DNA of 64,000 nucleotides from Fervidicoccaceae archaeon (GTDB lineage Archaea; Thermoproteota; Thermoprotei_A; Sulfolobales; Fervidicoccaceae): NCBI GenBank assembly GCA_038734945.1, contig JAVYOA010000002.1, positions 186,001 through 250,000 of the forward strand. Reading direction: 5' to 3'. This document shows positions 60,560-64,000 of this stretch, piece after piece. The first letter of the stretch is position 1. The number at the start of each line of letters is the position of its first letter. A program made the position numbers and the translations under genes. The notes beneath the pieces were generated by a model. The model was not told the DNA's origin and did not search any database. It was given only the letters and a program-made list of their open reading frames with translations.

Positions 60560-61168
60560 TTAACGCACTCCTCCAAGCTCTCTCTCTAGCTGCTCTAGAA
60601 AGGCCTTAACAAAAAGAGCTCTTTCATTGGCAATTTTCCTCCCCAATTCAGTATGCATTTCCTCTGGGAGCTTCAATATCTTCTCTCTGAAGTGCTCTAT
60701 GCTCTCCTCAATTGTCCTTCCCATTTCTCCTGCATATTGGAAAACTCTGGCCACTCCAACAGCTCCAAGTGCATCAATTTTATCGGCATCGCTCAATATC
60801 TTAGACTCAATGCTGCTTTGCTCCCTTTTTTCAGAGAAGCTGTGAGATGAAATTGCCTCGAGAACTCTCTTTACCTTTCCTTCTTCTACTCCCATTCCCC
60901 TAAGGATCTCCCCTGCAAGTGCAGCGCTTTCCTCAGCATGATTCCTGCTGCTCTTCCTCCTCGATGAATCATGCAGAAGGCAAGAGGCTCTGAGAATGAA
61001 CTCGCTGACCTCATCTTCCTCTGCTTCAGCAATTCTGAGAGCAATAGCTAAAACTCTCTCTATATGCTCTATGCCGTGAGTTCCATGCCTTGGATAGATC
61101 AGCTTGGCAATCCTCTCTATCCTCTCTATTTTATTCCTTTCATCCTCGCTCATTTTCCTCAGCATCAT
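60560..61168 (-). CDS. HD-domain hydrolase (COG1418-like)
   Basis: HGIEHIERV, LLHD, HSFS, DADKIDALGAVGVAR. Confidence 0.92.
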   Translation of the reverse strand: MMLRKMSEDERNKIERIERIAKLIYPRHGTHGIEHIERVLAIALRIAEAEEDEVSEFILRASCLLHDSSRRKSSRNHAEESAALAGEILRGMGVEEGKVKRVLEAISSHSFSEKREQSSIESKILSDADKIDALGAVGVARVFQYAGEMGRTIEESIEHFREKILKLPEEMHTELGRKIANERALFVKAFLEQLERELGGVR

Positions 61169-61587
61169 GTCTCCCCCATTACAGTTACAACAATTTCCCT
61201 CTCGCTCCTTGGACCGTCGAGCTCAAGGAAGAGAATGTTCTGCCATGTTCCTTTTCTCAGCTTACCATTTTCCACGGGAATAGCTCTGGAGCTTCCAATG
61301 AATGAGGATGCTATATGAGAGGAGGCATTGCTATCAATGAGATTGTGCCTATATTCAGCATCTCTTGGAAAAATCTTTTCCACAAAGTTCACTAGGTCTT
61401 CAAGAAGCCCAGGCTCGTTCTCATTGAGAACTATCGCTGCAGTTGCATGAGGTGCAGTAACTAGACAGATTCCCCTCCTTATCTTGCTCTTCGCAACGAG
61501 CTCCTCCACTTCTTTGCTTATGTCAATGATCTGAATTCTTCTGCTAGTTTTCAGCTTTATGCTGAAGTTCTCAACTGAAAAGGTCAA
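61165..61587 (-). CDS. yjbQ: YjbQ/UPF0047 family protein
   Basis: HATAAIVLNENE, NASSHI, GTWQNILFLELDGPR. Confidence 0.92.
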   Translation of the reverse strand: MTFSVENFSIKLKTSRRIQIIDISKEVEELVAKSKIRRGICLVTAPHATAAIVLNENEPGLLEDLVNFVEKIFPRDAEYRHNLIDSNASSHIASSFIGSSRAIPVENGKLRKGTWQNILFLELDGPRSEREIVVTVMGET

Positions 61588-61644
61588 GCTTATCCCCAGG
61601 GCAATGATATTAACTTTTCAGAAGAAAAAGGCTTTGGTGTCTGG

Positions 61645-62316
61645 ATGGAAACAGATAGAAAGGATTTTTTGATTGGCAATTTGAAAATCGTGAGGATTCC
61701 CCACGGCATTTTGAGGACTAATAGCTATCTGATCTACTCAGCTGGGAGAAAAAGTGCCATTCTCATAGATCCAGGGGAAAATTCCAATGCTGTAGAGGAG
61801 GAGGTAAAAAGAAGCGGGCTTGAAATAAAAATGATTGCCCTGACTCATGGACACTTTGATCATGCATGTGCAGCTGGAGAATTAGCCAGAAGTCACGGGG
61901 CAAAAATAGCGATGAGCTCGAGGGATCTATTCTTTCTGGATCTGGATAGAAAGGCCATGGAGAGCTTTGGCTTAAAAAGCTCCAGCTGCTCATTCTGGGC
62001 TGATATTGACCTATCGAATGAAAATGATTTGAGTGTGGAGGGGTTGAAAATGAGAGTCCTGAGAGTTCCAGGCCACTCTCCAGGAAGCGTTTCTTTCCTA
62101 ATTAACGATGGAGAGGCCTGCTTGACAGGGGATACGCTCTTCAGAGGTTTTGTGGGCAGGACTGATTTTCCAGGAGGGAGCGAGGATGAGCTTAAGAAGA
62201 GCCTAAGAACTTTAGTTGATTTGCTGGGAGATCAGGCGCTCATCTTGCCTGGGCATGGTCCTGAAACATCAATGAAGAATGAGAGAAAATGGCTTCTCGA
62301 ATGGATTGGATATTAG
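61645..62316 (+). CDS. MBL-fold metallo-hydrolase (glyoxalase II-like)
   Basis: THGHFDH, PGHSPG, TGDTLF, PGHG. Confidence 0.93.
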   Translation: METDRKDFLIGNLKIVRIPHGILRTNSYLIYSAGRKSAILIDPGENSNAVEEEVKRSGLEIKMIALTHGHFDHACAAGELARSHGAKIAMSSRDLFFLDLDRKAMESFGLKSSSCSFWADIDLSNENDLSVEGLKMRVLRVPGHSPGSVSFLINDGEACLTGDTLFRGFVGRTDFPGGSEDELKKSLRTLVDLLGDQALILPGHGPETSMKNERKWLLEWIGY

Positions 62317-62328
62317 GAGGGGAAACAG

Positions 62329-63045
62329 ATGTCGAGCATTCCAAGAATTGTTATCATGGAGGCATCTCCAAGAAAATATGGCAACTCTGCAAAGCTAGCA
62401 TATGTTGCTGAGAAGGGGGTGATTGATGAGGGTTGCTCAGCTGAAATTGTCTGGATAGCTGATCTGAGCATAAAGCCATGCATAGGATGCGTTTCAGATG
62501 ATATAATGGAGTGCAAGTTTCCATGCGTTATAAATGATGACTTCAACTCCTTTGCGCAGAAGCTCATATCTTCAGAGGGAATAATAGTCTCCACTCCAAT
62601 ATACTGGTACATGGTTCCTGGACAGCTGAAAATTCTTCTGGACAGGATGACAAGCCTAGAGAACATGCTCCTTCACTCTGGAAGAAGCCTGCTCGATGGA
62701 AAGGTTGCTGCCTTCATTGCTACTGGAAACGATGCCGGGACATCCATGGCAATTTCCTATTTGATGGATGTCTTCAATAGCTACGGATGCCACATACCTG
62801 CTTGGGCCCTTGCATATCACCACTCCTATGATGATGTTCTTGAAAATGGATTTGCTGTTATCGATGCTTACAATATAGGAAAGAACGTGTGCAGGCTATC
62901 AAAGATATTGAGGAGCGTTAAAGATGATCCCTGGTACACCTTCGATGTTGATGTTGAGGAGCTGAGAAAATTTGCTAGGAAGAGAGCAGAGTCTCAGAAA
63001 GGAGAGCTGCTAGAAAACAGGAGGAGGAAAATCAATGGAGAGTAG
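62329..63045 (+). CDS. Flavodoxin-family iron-sulfur flavoprotein
   Basis: SPRKYGNS, PCIGC...CKFPC...DD, STPIYW. Confidence 0.9.
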   Translation: MSSIPRIVIMEASPRKYGNSAKLAYVAEKGVIDEGCSAEIVWIADLSIKPCIGCVSDDIMECKFPCVINDDFNSFAQKLISSEGIIVSTPIYWYMVPGQLKILLDRMTSLENMLLHSGRSLLDGKVAAFIATGNDAGTSMAISYLMDVFNSYGCHIPAWALAYHHSYDDVLENGFAVIDAYNIGKNVCRLSKILRSVKDDPWYTFDVDVEELRKFARKRAESQKGELLENRRRKINGE

Positions 63046-63499
63046 GGAGAGACCCTACATAGGGGTTGGAGCCGTTGTGTTTGATTCCAGGGGCAGGATT
63101 CTGCTGGTCAGGAGGGGATATCCTCCACAGAAGGGGAAGTGGGCAATCCCAGGCGGGCATCTTGAGCTTGGAGAAACTATTTTCGAGGGAGCGAGGAGGG
63201 AGCTTCTCGAGGAAACAGGATTGGAAGGAGAGCCAAAGTGCATAGTAAATCTTGATGAGCTGATTGTGAGGGATTCCAATGGAAATGTGAAGAAGCATTT
63301 CGTTCTCATAGATGTTCTCTTTGACAGCATCTGGGGATCTCTGAGAGCTGGAAGTGATGCAGTTGAGGCTAGGTTCTTCGATATAGAGGAAATAAAGGAG
63401 AGCGCTGAGGTCTCCTTCTCCACAAGGACCTTTCTGAGAAAGCTTCTGAACAATGAGCTATACTGCATAGAAACCTATGTCAACCAATATGCTGAGTAG
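63035..63499 (+). CDS. NUDIX hydrolase
   Basis: PGGHLELGETIFEGARRELLEETG Nudix box. Confidence 0.94.
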   Translation: MESRERPYIGVGAVVFDSRGRILLVRRGYPPQKGKWAIPGGHLELGETIFEGARRELLEETGLEGEPKCIVNLDELIVRDSNGNVKKHFVLIDVLFDSIWGSLRAGSDAVEARFFDIEEIKESAEVSFSTRTFLRKLLNNELYCIETYVNQYAE

Positions 63500-64000
63500 T
63501 TCTCACTCCCCCCCCCCCACCAACACTCTCTAATTCTGTGCGCTTTATTGTCACAACTATTATACCATCGCGCTTCTCAACATTCCAATTCCCCTCATTG
63601 CCAAGAGCTGCTGAGCTTATCCCTCTGAAAAGCATGTATAGGAAATCCATGCTTTCCTTGTGATCTATTGAGAGGTTTATTATGAGCCTTTTTTCCTTCT
63701 CGTTTCCCCACTCTGGAAATATGTTCGTTTCTCCTACAAAGAGTGTTGCTAATCTCTCTATCAGTACAGCAGGATCATTCTGCTTGAATCTCGCACGCGC
63801 AACTTCATATATGACCTTGCCCAGCTGCTCCACGTCCTCGAGAGGAATTCTTGGTGGCTGAAGGCGAAAGCCCATGGTCTTAAGCGTGTCAAACAGAATC
63901 AAGTCGAGAGCTATATTTTCTGGCTCGTTTATCTTTGCCTTGTAGAGGAGGAGATAGGTTTCAAGGGCCTTATTTGTCAAATTATACATGCTCATGTTTC
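63480..64000 (-). CDS. Hypothetical protein (probably 5'-truncated by window edge), similar in layout to 58290-58790
   Basis: Frame open to window end; MSMYNLTNKALE resembles the end of an RHH domain. Confidence 0.65.
   Translation of the reverse strand, partial: NMSMYNLTNKALETYLLLYKAKINEPENIALDLILFDTLKTMGFRLQPPRIPLEDVEQLGKVIYEVARARFKQNDPAVLIERLATLFVGETNIFPEWGNEKEKRLIINLSIDHKESMDFLYMLFRGISSAALGNEGNWNVEKRDGIIVVTIKRTELESVGGGGGVRTTQHIG

Overview
Core-genome window of a (hyper)thermophilic crenarchaeon (Thermoproteota; gene content and reverse gyrase are most consistent with Fervidicoccales/Desulfurococcales, which is an inference). It holds three ribosomal/RNA-polymerase gene blocks, the archaeal lipid-precursor operon (ipk-fni-GGPP synthase-gltX), reverse gyrase, CCA-adding enzyme, Hjc, SHMT, an SQR-DUF1641 pair, a solo Cas4 and a 1142-aa S-layer protein. 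RNA genes are tRNA-Cys(GCA, intron), tRNA-Ser(TGA) and two box C/D guide sRNAs. No CRISPR array or rRNA was seen. Features the ORF track does not show or explain: (1) a 219-bp protein-less IS200/IS605-type element that seems to keep an internal promoter and a TnpB omega-RNA-like scaffold whose flanking guide would cover the rps15 promoter, plus a 41-bp minimal relative next to tRNA-Ser; (2) a GpgS-like glycosyltransferase/TrkA/HAD phosphatase/MscS operon, a candidate osmolyte make-and-release system; (3) an in-frame RpiB-nicotinamidase/isochorismatase fusion; (4) a motif-less GHMP-like protein in the mevalonate kinase slot; (5) a decayed radical SAM pseudogene; (6) a codon-usage mosaic in the S-layer gene; (7) rpl39e, which the ORF track missed.
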